A program made the position numbers and the translations under genes. The notes below the pieces were generated by a model that did not search any database, was not told where the DNA came from, and saw nothing but the letters and a program-made list of their open reading frames with translations. 33,306 nucleotides of DNA, taken from IMG/VR virus record IMGVR_UViG_3300030376_000340, positions 1-33,306 of that record; one strand, written 5' to 3'. This document shows, one piece after another, positions 9,766 to 18,348 of this stretch. Within the stretch, counting starts at the first letter, position 1; each line of letters begins with the position of its first letter. The stretch is from a virus. Taxonomy: Duplodnaviria; Caudoviricetes.

Positions 9766-11326
9766 CTTGTCCTCCTTGCATTTGTTGCATCTGTTGTAGT
9801 TGTTGCATCTGTTGCATTACTTGTTGCTGTTCAGCTGCATCTCTAATAATTTTTTCTGGTAAATTCATTTTTTCTGCTAGATATCTAGCTACTTCTTCTT
9901 GTTTAACTATTAAATTTAATACTTCAGGACCGAATGTTTGACCTAAAGTAGAATTAAATCTATTAACATCAGCAATATCTTGTTCATTCTGCGCCCTTGA
10001 TAGTGGTGATTCAGGAATAATTTTTATTTCTTTGTTATCTATACTAGGTATTTCTATTCTTCCTTGTTTTTTTAGTATGTATATAACTCGTTTAATTAAT
10101 GGTTGTATAAATTCTGATTGTAATCTACCAAATGATGATCCTATTTGTCTTGATAGATCGGACATTCTTTCTGCAACTTCAGTAGCAGACATTGGTGTAC
10201 CTTTTGTTGGACCAAGTGTATCCATATATAATGCTTTTCTAATATTATTTCTCATATCTTCTAACACTAATTGTGCTACATCAAATCTACCAGCACCATT
10301 AATAGGCTGTAATCCTCTAGATCCAGGAGCAACTGGAATTATTGTGCCAGGCACTAATGCAATATTATCTGTATTAATTACTCCATCATCTTCTAATTGA
10401 TAAATACCAGATATATTCATCTGTGCATTTTCTAATATTAATTCTACAGTAAGGTTAGTAGTCTTAATAGCTGACATAGCATTAAATACTGGTCCACGAC
10501 CATAAACTTCTCCTGATGCTTTGTTCCATCTAAATGTAATAAATGGATTAGATCCAGCTCCAGTATACTTTTCTTGTATTATAATTGATTCATGTTCTTG
10601 TACACATACTACATAATCATATGCTTCTTTATTTACATCAGAATAATTACGCATTGTACCTTCAATAACATTAATCTTTTGATCTGGATCTTGTGATAAT
10701 TTATTTATTGTAATTTCATTAAGTTCTGCATTTGGATATAATACTTTTAGATCTCCTAATCTAATTTGTCGCTTTCTATATATACAATCAATTTTATTAT
10801 TAGGTCCACTATTTAAAGTTATATGAGGTAAAGGTATTGCATTGAATACTATAGGATCAGATGCTGTTCCTTCATTAACTAATAAACATCCTGTACCTAC
10901 TGCACAATCCATAAATGCTTCATGTACTTCTTGATTAAAATTAGAGTTGTGTAATACTTCAAATATATATTGAGTTATTGAATCTAACTGTTCATCTATT
11001 TGAGGAGCTATGTCAGGTGCTATTTCAATACCTGATTTTAAATTAATCCATCTACCAAATGTAGGAGTTATACCAGCTTGTAATCTACTAGCAAATTCTT
11101 GAATACCTACTACAGCTGTTTCATCAAATATTCTATCTGTTCTTTTTTGCCCAGGTGATTCTTCATAAAAAGATTCTCTACCTGGCATAGTGTATTCATA
11201 TGCTTCTTCAAACTTAGATTTCCATATAGTTTTTAAAGCATCTGCTTGTGAATATTTTTTTAAAAACATTTTTGCTGACATTTCATCAGACATATTTGCA
11301 GCAGATCTGTAACTATTATATTCCAT
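9734..11326 (-). CDS. Portal (head-to-tail connector) protein
   Basis: 530 aa; 'FDETA', 'GEVYGRGP', 'MSATEV.ER', 'SPLSRAQ' and a Gln-rich C-terminus. Confidence 0.95.
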   Translation of the reverse strand: MEYNSYRSAANMSDEMSAKMFLKKYSQADALKTIWKSKFEEAYEYTMPGRESFYEESPGQKRTDRIFDETAVVGIQEFASRLQAGITPTFGRWINLKSGIEIAPDIAPQIDEQLDSITQYIFEVLHNSNFNQEVHEAFMDCAVGTGCLLVNEGTASDPIVFNAIPLPHITLNSGPNNKIDCIYRKRQIRLGDLKVLYPNAELNEITINKLSQDPDQKINVIEGTMRNYSDVNKEAYDYVVCVQEHESIIIQEKYTGAGSNPFITFRWNKASGEVYGRGPVFNAMSAIKTTNLTVELILENAQMNISGIYQLEDDGVINTDNIALVPGTIIPVAPGSRGLQPINGAGRFDVAQLVLEDMRNNIRKALYMDTLGPTKGTPMSATEVAERMSDLSRQIGSSFGRLQSEFIQPLIKRVIYILKKQGRIEIPSIDNKEIKIIPESPLSRAQNEQDIADVNRFNSTLGQTFGPEVLNLIVKQEEVARYLAEKMNLPEKIIRDAAEQQQVMQQMQQLQQMQQMQGGQGGLGEDTQQT

Positions 11327-12060
11327 TAAACTGTATATTCACCACCAAAACCTTGTCTAGTACCAGTAATAAATTTTCTATCTCCTTTAGAAATATCTCC
11401 ATCTTTTAAACTTGCTAAATATTTTTTCTTTTTTGTTTCTTTACTAACTATATTATCTCCAACTGGAGCTGCCATTTCTTGACCTTGAACCTCTTGATTT
11501 TTGTTTTGATTATTTCCAGAATCTATATTTTGGTAAGAAAACATTTGTTTATTATTACTTAAATATTCTTGATAAGGTGTTCTTGATTTCGCATACAAAA
11601 CACTTGGCATTACAGGAATACCAGCTAATGCAGCAACTGCTGCCATTCCAGCTTTAAATCTTTTTTGACTTTCAAACATTTGTTTTGATAAAGGTATTGA
11701 TTCTCTTTTGGATGCTTTAAATGCCTCATTAGCTTGTGATGTAAATACTAAACCTTTATCTGTTTGCACTCCTGTCATAAAACTACCATCAGCTCTAACA
11801 GTTCCTAAACCTTGATTAGCTAAATATTCATTTCTTGCTGCTTGGTATTCTGCACCATACATTTGATTTGGAACAGTAGAAGATGTAAATCCTTTTGTAA
11901 CTAATGTACCAGCTGGAGTATTCATTACATTAGGACCAGTAATACCTAATTTTTTTTGAGCATATTTATCTGCATTAATACCTTGTACTACTGCATTTGA
12001 TTCAGCAGATTTATTAGACATTCCACCTTTTGATGAACTAGCTCCTTGTTTTGCACCCAT
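11326..12060 (-). CDS. Hypothetical protein, possibly virion-associated
   Basis: 244-aa ORF coupled by TAATG overlaps on both sides. Confidence 0.65.
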   Translation of the reverse strand: MGAKQGASSSKGGMSNKSAESNAVVQGINADKYAQKKLGITGPNVMNTPAGTLVTKGFTSSTVPNQMYGAEYQAARNEYLANQGLGTVRADGSFMTGVQTDKGLVFTSQANEAFKASKRESIPLSKQMFESQKRFKAGMAAVAALAGIPVMPSVLYAKSRTPYQEYLSNNKQMFSYQNIDSGNNQNKNQEVQGQEMAAPVGDNIVSKETKKKKYLASLKDGDISKGDRKFITGTRQGFGGEYTV

Positions 12061-12281
12061 TAAGTTTCTTCTCCATCACTAAAAAAACCACCACCACCAG
12101 CTTTTGAAAATAATGATCTAACACCAACCATTCCTTTACCAAATCTTTTCTTATATCTTTTTTCTTCAGCTTCTAATCTTTTTTTTTCTTCTTCAGCTTT
12201 TTTACGATCTTCTTCCATTTGCTTTTCCATAGCTATTTCTGAAGCTGATTTTCTGTATTTTGGTGTTCTAAATATTCCCAT
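12060..12281 (-). CDS. Small charged coiled-coil protein upstream of the portal
   Basis: 73 aa, K/E-rich, ending in 'G.RSLF...GGGG'. Confidence 0.65.
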   Translation of the reverse strand: MGIFRTPKYRKSASEIAMEKQMEEDRKKAEEEKKRLEAEEKRYKKRFGKGMVGVRSLFSKAGGGGFFSDGEET

Positions 12282-12676
12282 TGTTTACATCCATTATGTA
12301 CTAAGTATTTATATAACCCATAAGGTGTTATAATCAACCTATTAATACCTAATACCCTCATTATTACTGTAACGCAACTATTTTCTCTTAACCATGCTCC
12401 TTGAAATAATTTAAATTTTTCTCTTTGAAGTGGACATTTTAAAATAACTCCTTTGTTGTTTACAATATATTCCATTATGTAAGATATTTCTTCACCAGAT
12501 AAAACTTTTACATCAAGTCTTTTGTGTATGTGTTCTATAATAATCCATACATTCTTAGTATGATCATACCCCATCATGCCACAATGTGCCATACCCCCTC
12601 TCCTAAACATATGATACCACGATTCTAAAGGTGGATCATAAAAGAATACTAGCCATTCTTTCGGAAAATATCCCAT
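12233..12676 (-). CDS. Hypothetical protein, possible permuted papain-like (NlpC/P60) fold
   Basis: His (AHCG) precedes Cys (NSCV), followed by 'ITPYGL', the order seen in permuted papain-like enzymes. Confidence 0.45.
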   Translation of the reverse strand: MGYFPKEWLVFFYDPPLESWYHMFRRGGMAHCGMMGYDHTKNVWIIIEHIHKRLDVKVLSGEEISYIMEYIVNNKGVILKCPLQREKFKLFQGAWLRENSCVTVIMRVLGINRLIITPYGLYKYLVHNGCKQWEYLEHQNTENQLQK

Positions 12677-14172
12677 TTACCTCGCTTATTTATTGTATTT
12701 CTATTAAATATATCCCAACTTTTGTAAACATTTGTAACTGTTTGTTTCTGTGGTCCTACAGTTAAAGATCTACCTTCTCCAGCACCTAACATTAAATACT
12801 GTAGTGCATCATGTACATGAGAATATTTATTCTTATTAGGTCTATCTTCATATCTTTCTCCAGATGTTTGTATTCTTCTATAATGGTAGCCACCTAAAAA
12901 ACCTTTTCTTAGCTGATTACAGGATGGTGATAGTAAGAAACCTGACTTACCATCAACCATCCTATTCAATGCAGATTCTACTGATTCTATTCGTAGAGCT
13001 ACATCATTTGATGGAGCTGGAAAGGCTTGGATACCTTGCTGTCTAAGTATCTGAAAAGGAGTAGTTTCATCTGTCTGCGCCCTAAAATCACCAGCTGGAT
13101 CACCAAATATTTTTAAATCTTTATCTGCACAATGTTTTATTATTTCATGCTTTAGCATCTCACTAAACTTAACTGTGCCTATATCAAAACAAACTAACTC
13201 ATGGTTTATAATCCATCTACCATCAGGTAGTCGTTGTCCAAATACAGCAGAAGGTGTTAGACCAAAGTCTAACCCTATATATACTGAAGTATCTGCAAAC
13301 TCTATATTCTCACTAGCTATATGTGTATCTTCTCTAAATGAACCATAGACTAACTTTCCATCTTCTATAGTTCCTAATTTATTTAAAACATAAACATCTA
13401 TCCACGATTTTGATTTACCTCTAATAATATTACTATAATACTCAGGAGTAACATTCTTAATATTTTCTGCTGTTGTATTTAGTTCATAACCCTTAATTTT
13501 ATCATCTTCTTTTTTTTCTAACATACCTGGAGGTTGTACAAAAAATTTCCAGTTATCAGGTTTAACTAACATTAATGATTCTTCTTGATTCATATGATCT
13601 GGCACTGGCACTTCTCCTGACATTATAGACCACCAATGATCTTCATCTGGTGCATTAGTATCAGCAATAACACCGTACCATGTAGGTCCACCATCTTTAA
13701 TTGCTGGAAATCTACCTACACGCATAGTACAAGCATCTACAATAGACTTAGGAATTTCTCTAGCTTCATTGATCCATACTCCTGTAAGCTCTAGTGATAA
13801 TAGTTTCTTCACATCTTCTGGTCTATCTAGTGCTAAGAATAAAACTTCTAATTCAATATCATTAATCTTTATGTGATGTGTAAATGGTACTGAATAAGTA
13901 AAATTACCAAATGTATGTTCTGGAAACCAATCTAACCATGTTTTCATGGTAGTAGTTTTTAACTGAGGGTTTGTGTTTCTGATTACTGCCCATCTAGATT
14001 TTCGTTTACCATCAGGAGATGGTTGTTGTCTGGCAGCTCTTCTAAAAATTTCTATACAACAAGATACTGATTTGCCTGATCCTACTGGACCTCGAACACC
14101 TCTAAAGAAGCTATTATCCTTCATAAAGGATTTAATAACTTCTCCAGGTGCTTTATAATTTAATCCACTCAC
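12649..14172 (-). CDS. terL: Terminase large subunit
   Basis: Walker A GPVGSGKS, Walker B WINEARE, motif III DTN, nuclease GLDFG and SHVHDALQY. Confidence 0.96.
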   Translation of the reverse strand: MSGLNYKAPGEVIKSFMKDNSFFRGVRGPVGSGKSVSCCIEIFRRAARQQPSPDGKRKSRWAVIRNTNPQLKTTTMKTWLDWFPEHTFGNFTYSVPFTHHIKINDIELEVLFLALDRPEDVKKLLSLELTGVWINEAREIPKSIVDACTMRVGRFPAIKDGGPTWYGVIADTNAPDEDHWWSIMSGEVPVPDHMNQEESLMLVKPDNWKFFVQPPGMLEKKEDDKIKGYELNTTAENIKNVTPEYYSNIIRGKSKSWIDVYVLNKLGTIEDGKLVYGSFREDTHIASENIEFADTSVYIGLDFGLTPSAVFGQRLPDGRWIINHELVCFDIGTVKFSEMLKHEIIKHCADKDLKIFGDPAGDFRAQTDETTPFQILRQQGIQAFPAPSNDVALRIESVESALNRMVDGKSGFLLSPSCNQLRKGFLGGYHYRRIQTSGERYEDRPNKNKYSHVHDALQYLMLGAGEGRSLTVGPQKQTVTNVYKSWDIFNRNTINKRGKWDIFRKNG

Positions 14173-14366
14173 ACAGTATTGGAATCAGTACCAGCTTTAA
14201 TTAACTTGTAAATAGTTTCAGGTAGTAATGATTCAATAAACATATCTGCTTCTTTATCCGTAATTAATTCTTTTGGATAGTGAGAGAAATGAACCTTCTT
14301 AACAATCTTTCTTAACTTCATTCTGTCTTGAAAAGATATAAGATCCTGTGCGTATTGCTGTGTCAT
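14169..14366 (-). CDS. Hypothetical protein
   Basis: 65 aa, 4-nt start/stop overlaps on both sides. Confidence 0.7.
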   Translation of the reverse strand: MTQQYAQDLISFQDRMKLRKIVKKVHFSHYPKELITDKEADMFIESLLPETIYKLIKAGTDSNTV

Positions 14367-14470
14367 ACAGACTGTACTATTGCAATAACTATTATAACAG
14401 CAACTGCAACAACTAATGTCTTACCTTTTTTGTTAAGATTATTCCAACGATCTAGCATTTTATTATACAT
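14363..14470 (-). CDS. 35-aa single-pass membrane microprotein (MYNKMLDRWNNLNKKGKTLVVAVAVIIVIAIVQSV)
   Basis: Hand-translated; AAGGAG RBS; ATGA overlap with the next gene. Confidence 0.75.
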   Translation of the reverse strand: MYNKMLDRWNNLNKKGKTLVVAVAVIIVIAIVQSV

Positions 14471-14480
14471 ATCTAGCTCC

Positions 14481-14606
14481 TTACTTTTTCTTTTTACTAC
14501 CCATAATCTTTTTCTTTAAAAATTCTGGTAGTTTTTTTTGGTTGCCTTTTAACTTTTTAGAAGGTCTACCTTTTTGTGAACCATAAGTTCCTTTGCCCAT
14601 AGGCAT
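14481..14606 (-). CDS. 41-aa Lys-rich microprotein (MPMGKGTYGSQKGRPSKK...KKKK)
   Basis: Hand-translated; starts 1 nt after the previous stop and fills the gap. Confidence 0.7.
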   Translation of the reverse strand: MPMGKGTYGSQKGRPSKKLKGNQKKLPEFLKKKIMGSKKKK

Positions 14607-14607
14607 T

Positions 14608-14724
14608 TTAGTATCCACCCATCATAGGTTTCTTAGGCTTCTTACCAGCTTTTTTCATAGACATAGCTGTAGCTGATTGTTTCTTTGCTTTCTTAGTCTT
14701 CTTAGGTTTCATCATACCTTTCAT
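14608..14724 (-). CDS. 38-aa Lys/Met-rich microprotein (MKGMMKPKKTKKAKKQSATAMSMKKAGKKPKKPMMGGY)
   Basis: Hand-translated; ATGA overlap with the upstream ORF. Confidence 0.7.
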   Translation of the reverse strand: MKGMMKPKKTKKAKKQSATAMSMKKAGKKPKKPMMGGY

Positions 14725-14969
14725 GTTACTCTCCTATATGCTCTTGTTTTTGCTGCAATAGATTTAGGTTGTTTAACAAACTGTTTTCCTTTTCTACTGC
14801 CTTTTCTCTTAGCTCTAGTAGTACTGGCATACTCAGATGCTGTCAATGATTTGATAGCTGCTTCTGGAAGATATCTTTCTCCAGTCTTAGCAGATGGTTT
14901 ACCAGATTTAGTTCGCCACTTCTGCTTTGTCCATGCTTTCAGACTTCTCTGAGATTTAGCCAATGCCAT
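14721..14969 (-). CDS. Basic protein, DUF5872-like C-terminal half
   Basis: 'QRSLKAWTKQKWRT...ERYLP..AI.SL...EY..T...KR' motif; TAATG coupling. Confidence 0.75.
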   Translation of the reverse strand: MALAKSQRSLKAWTKQKWRTKSGKPSAKTGERYLPEAAIKSLTASEYASTTRAKRKGSRKGKQFVKQPKSIAAKTRAYRRVT

Positions 14970-15121
14970 TACTTACCTACTAATTTTTGAGCTTTCTTAT
15001 GAGCTGCACCAAATGTTTTGCCAGATCTCATTTCTTTTTTCATCATATCCATATGTTTTTTGCTATGATGGACACTATGTTTTTTTAAAGTGTCTTTTTG
15101 TCTTTGTGTTAAAGCTACCAT
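14969..15121 (-). CDS. 50-aa His/Lys-rich microprotein (MVALTQRQKDTLKKHSVHHSKKHMDMMKKEMRSGKTFGAAHKKAQKLVGK)
   Basis: Hand-translated; TAATG overlaps at both ends. Confidence 0.75.
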   Translation of the reverse strand: MVALTQRQKDTLKKHSVHHSKKHMDMMKKEMRSGKTFGAAHKKAQKLVGK

Positions 15122-15288
15122 TATTTATAACCACCTCCAGCTTTCTTATAAGCAACAGCTAACATTTGTGCCTTCCTAGCACTCCACTGTCCACTCTTGC
15201 CTCCTTTTGTTCCAGACTTTATTCTCTGGAATATTCTTTTTCTCATAGTGGGTTTAGTATAGTTCCCAGCTTTATTAACTGTACTCAC
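15121..15288 (-). CDS. Basic protein, DUF5872-like N-terminal half
   Basis: 'YTKP.MR...KGGKSGQWSARKAQML...YKKAGGGY'; likely GTG start at 15288 overlapping the upstream TGA. Confidence 0.75.
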   Translation of the reverse strand: MSTVNKAGNYTKPTMRKRIFQRIKSGTKGGKSGQWSARKAQMLAVAYKKAGGGYK

Positions 15289-15542
15289 CACTTCACCTTG
15301 TTTGCCCAATATGCTGCTGACATATTACCTTTCGCTATATTCTTTGCGTGCCTCGCCTTAAAAGACTTTGCTCTCTTTGTCATAGTTCTATCTCCTGTCT
15401 TTCCTTGTTGTCCAAACCTAATAGTCTTAACTTTATCTCCAGACTTAGCTACCACTATGTGTGATTTAGTCTTATGTCCAGGAGTTCTTTTAGGTTTATT
15501 AAAACCACTAACTCCAGCTCTCTTTATTCGAGGATCTGCCAT
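15285..15542 (-). CDS. Basic conserved viral protein (DUF5754/DUF6321-like)
   Basis: 'KTIRFGQQG...RAKSFKARH...SAAYWA...W' pattern. Confidence 0.7.
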   Translation of the reverse strand: MADPRIKRAGVSGFNKPKRTPGHKTKSHIVVAKSGDKVKTIRFGQQGKTGDRTMTKRAKSFKARHAKNIAKGNMSAAYWANKVKW

Positions 15543-15545
15543 ACC

Positions 15546-16034
15546 TTAATCAGATTTTTTATTCTTTTTTCTTGCGTCTGTTCTTTGTTTTACTATAGCA
15601 AGATTAGTGTCTGATACAATTCGATTTTCCATTCCTCTTTCTCTAGCTAGTTTATCACTTGCATCATCTACCCCACGATTAGATCCCATTTTCCAACTAG
15701 GTAGAACAGCAGACCTTTTTTCTGCTTTAACACTATCCTTTTTAAATAAACTATTTGCCCATTTCTTAATACCATTAATAATTAGTTTAGCCTGAATAGT
15801 ATTAAAGTTATCTTTATTCATCATCATAGCTTTAAATCCTAAAGCTCCACTATCCCCTAAATAACCTTGTAATAATCTATCTTTGTTATAGCCAATTTCA
15901 TCAAACTTATTGATTTGGCTTTCAGATAAATCAGACCAGTAATCATTAAATGCATTAGTAGCTTTGTTTACAGCAGCTTTTTTCTTTTCCTCTTTGTCTA
16001 CTTTTTTAAACTTTGTTCTATTTGCTTTTACCAT
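15546..16034 (-). CDS. Hypothetical Lys-rich protein
   Basis: 162-aa ORF in operon orientation after TerS. Confidence 0.65.
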   Translation of the reverse strand: MVKANRTKFKKVDKEEKKKAAVNKATNAFNDYWSDLSESQINKFDEIGYNKDRLLQGYLGDSGALGFKAMMMNKDNFNTIQAKLIINGIKKWANSLFKKDSVKAEKRSAVLPSWKMGSNRGVDDASDKLARERGMENRIVSDTNLAIVKQRTDARKKNKKSD

Positions 16035-16145
16035 GATCGAACCTTACTATAAAAAATATTTTTTTGAAGTGCTTTTTTCAACTATGTTGTGTGTAAAGGT
16101 GGTTACCACTCTGCTGTCGCCCTATTTTCAACCCCCCCTACCTCG

Positions 16146-16532
16146 CTAGTCTAGGTCTATGGAGATACTAACATTTCCGTGGTGAGAATGTTGTACCTTG
16201 TCAGGAGCTTTCATGCCGATTCTATCTAGTAGATCCTTTGATGCTTCTAGTCTAACATACTCAGACTTACCATTTTGTATAAGGTGTAGTAATGTTGAGG
16301 ATGCGTGGACAGAACCTAGTCCTAACTTGTTGGATACTTCTTGTTGAAGGTATGCCTGTACCTTTGGCAATCGTAGTGTCCTACTAGCTACTACTCTACC
16401 AGCTTCTCCCTTAGAATAACCAGCCTTCTGTGATGCTTCGGTTATGGTGCAACCTGTGGCTACGAGGGTATCAACCAAAGCTCTTTGTTTGTATGTCAGT
16501 CCGTCTTTCTTTGATAACTGTGTTCTTGCCAT
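16146..16532 (-). CDS. terS: Terminase small subunit
   Basis: N-terminal HTH 'LTYKQRALV...ITEASQKAGYS' and C-terminal 'VRLEASKDLLDRIG'. Confidence 0.85.
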   Translation of the reverse strand: MARTQLSKKDGLTYKQRALVDTLVATGCTITEASQKAGYSKGEAGRVVASRTLRLPKVQAYLQQEVSNKLGLGSVHASSTLLHLIQNGKSEYVRLEASKDLLDRIGMKAPDKVQHSHHGNVSISIDLD

Positions 16533-16568
16533 TTACGATAGATACCAAGTGATTCGTAACCATGTCAA
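16533..16568 (-). promoter_or_regulatory. Putative sigma70 promoter giving a leaderless terS transcript
   Basis: TTGACA (16568-16563), N18, TATCTA, N6, ATG; no SD upstream. Confidence 0.5.
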
Positions 16569-16690
16569 GTAAAAAATTGTAAATAAATATTGACCTATGA
16601 CTTATGTATTACCTCAGTCGGCTATGGCGATAACCTCCTTCGTATCCTCTATATCTCATACAGACACAGGCAACCCAATATTTATTTTTA

Positions 16691-16877
16691 TCTCTCTCGA
16701 ATATGCTCTATTCGTCTGTATCAGCTATGTACTCACATCAGCAATCTACACAGACGAACTACCACGATATACAACCTGTAAACATGCACACTTAGTCCAG
16801 CACGAAGTTGTGCGACTAAGTTCTAGCATGTCGACAGAACGATATATCTGTGGTGACGAGTAGGCATATTCAGAGAT
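16691..16877 (+). ncRNA. Candidate structured RNA leader before the first early gene
   Basis: Nested helices: 16693-16716/16855-16876, 16761-16771/16843-16854, 16782-16787/16826-16831, 16790-16797/16814-16821. Confidence 0.55.
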
Positions 16878-16892
16878 CGAAAGGAGATCATC

Positions 16893-17135
16893 ATGAAATA
16901 CAACTCATACACTATCATGTCGAAGGTAGCAGAAACTATCAAAGACACACTAGAAGATAAATATCAAATGGACTTTTGGTATAATGACAGGACCTTGGAT
17001 GACAAGGATATAGAAGGAGTAATAGTATCAGAAGGTGGATCTAGGGATTCATGGGGAATCACCATAGAAACAGAGGATGATGAAGGTAAGGAGTATACTA
17101 TGGATATAGGAATAAGAATGAAGGAGATCAAATAA
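16893..17135 (+). CDS. Acidic early protein
   Basis: 80 aa, AAGGAG RBS, D/E-rich. Confidence 0.75.
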   Translation: MKYNSYTIMSKVAETIKDTLEDKYQMDFWYNDRTLDDKDIEGVIVSEGGSRDSWGITIETEDDEGKEYTMDIGIRMKEIK

Positions 17136-17305
17136 TGGATTATCAAGATGAGATTAACAAATACATTGACCTAGCAAAACTAGCAGAACTCAATGGAGAT
17201 CTAGAAACAGCTGAAGCATACAGAGCAGAAGCACAATGGGTATCAAAGCAAATGGATGACTATGATATCACAGAACTAAATACTGATTTGGAGGTAGTAA
17301 AATGA
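17135..17305 (+). CDS. 56-aa acidic early protein (MDYQDEINKYIDLAKLAELNGDLETAEAYR...)
   Basis: Hand-translated; AAGGAG RBS, TAATG and ATGA overlaps. Confidence 0.75.
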   Translation: MDYQDEINKYIDLAKLAELNGDLETAEAYRAEAQWVSKQMDDYDITELNTDLEVVK

Positions 17306-17817
17306 CTGAATGGAAAGTAGAAACTAAAGAACTATTATTTATAAATGATGCAGCTAAACAGGATATGAATGAAGTATTCGACTTACTGTATCCAATAAAA
17401 GGCACAGAGTTTATGCAAGGATGGTGTAAAGACAGTATCATGTATGAATGTCTAGGTGCTAGAACAGGCATGAACAATGCCAGTAGCAGAGCAGATCAAG
17501 CTAAAAGAGCATTGACTAAGGCAAAAGATGATCGTGTAGATACTGTAACAGAGATTGGTCAACAACAAGACTATGACAGAGTAGCAACATTCAGAGGATG
17601 GTCAGATCTAGCAGACTATTGGACTAACAGATACGACACCTGGTCAGCTAAATTTGAGATATTATATGGTGAAACATGGGAAAAGGCTTTGGAAAACAAG
17701 AACAAAAACAAGGCAACACCATCTACACTAAGACAACCAACAGATGAAGAGCATGAAGAATTTGCAGAAAGTATTCTAAATGCAGACATCAACACATTGG
17801 TGGGTGAGGGGATATAA
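17302..17817 (+). CDS. Hypothetical early protein
   Basis: 171 aa, GGAGGT RBS. Confidence 0.8.
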   Translation: MTEWKVETKELLFINDAAKQDMNEVFDLLYPIKGTEFMQGWCKDSIMYECLGARTGMNNASSRADQAKRALTKAKDDRVDTVTEIGQQQDYDRVATFRGWSDLADYWTNRYDTWSAKFEILYGETWEKALENKNKNKATPSTLRQPTDEEHEEFAESILNADINTLVGEGI

Positions 17818-17904
17818 TCCCCCCCCAACAGGAAGGATTCTGGTATCACCGAATGATATTAATTTTAATTATAGCAGTATACATAATGTATAAAGGAGGC
17901 AACT

Positions 17905-18219
17905 ATGCACAAAGAAACATTAGGAATTGTGGATTACTTTTTCAGACTAATAAAAAAAGTTTTTATGTCAGTAATCAACGGAGTACAAGGACTTAAATTT
18001 CAAGATAGATCAGAGTATATAGGTACATTTGTACTAATATATTTATCACTAGGTGGTGGACTAGTAATGATGTGGATGTTGTTAGGATTAAATCCAACAT
18101 TAATACTATCAGTAATTGGTGCACCAATATGGATATTCATAGTATGGGTATCAAACAATCTCACAGTAGCAATAATCAATGATCGTAAGAAAAGATCAGA
18201 ATATAAAAGGAAAAAATAA
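17905..18219 (+). CDS. Two-TM membrane protein
   Basis: AAGGAGG RBS; two long hydrophobic segments and a basic C-terminus. Confidence 0.75.
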   Translation: MHKETLGIVDYFFRLIKKVFMSVINGVQGLKFQDRSEYIGTFVLIYLSLGGGLVMMWMLLGLNPTLILSVIGAPIWIFIVWVSNNLTVAIINDRKKRSEYKRKK

Positions 18220-18348
18220 ATGGAAACATTACTTATGATACTAGGAATAATAGTACTATCTTTAATGTGTATATCATTTCTCGGTAGTATAACAGCAACA
18301 TTCTTATTCTATCGTGCAATAACACAGGAAGATAAGCAGTCTGAATAG
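18220..18348 (+). CDS. 42-aa membrane microprotein (METLLMILGIIVLSLMCISFLGSITATFLFYRAITQEDKQSE)
   Basis: Hand-translated; starts immediately after the previous stop. Confidence 0.65.
   Translation: METLLMILGIIVLSLMCISFLGSITATFLFYRAITQEDKQSE

Noticed and set aside
2189-16149. Plus-strand ORFs within the late region (e.g. 8898-9527, 10032-10400, 15166-15549, Cys-rich 9717-9941)
   Set aside because: Antisense to well-supported genes; the Cys-rich 9717 ORF is only the reverse of the portal's Gln/Met-rich tail
16590-16863. ORFs 16590-16781 and 16597-16863
   Set aside because: No RBS, composition unlike the A-rich early genes, and the region is better explained by nested base pairing; not fully excluded
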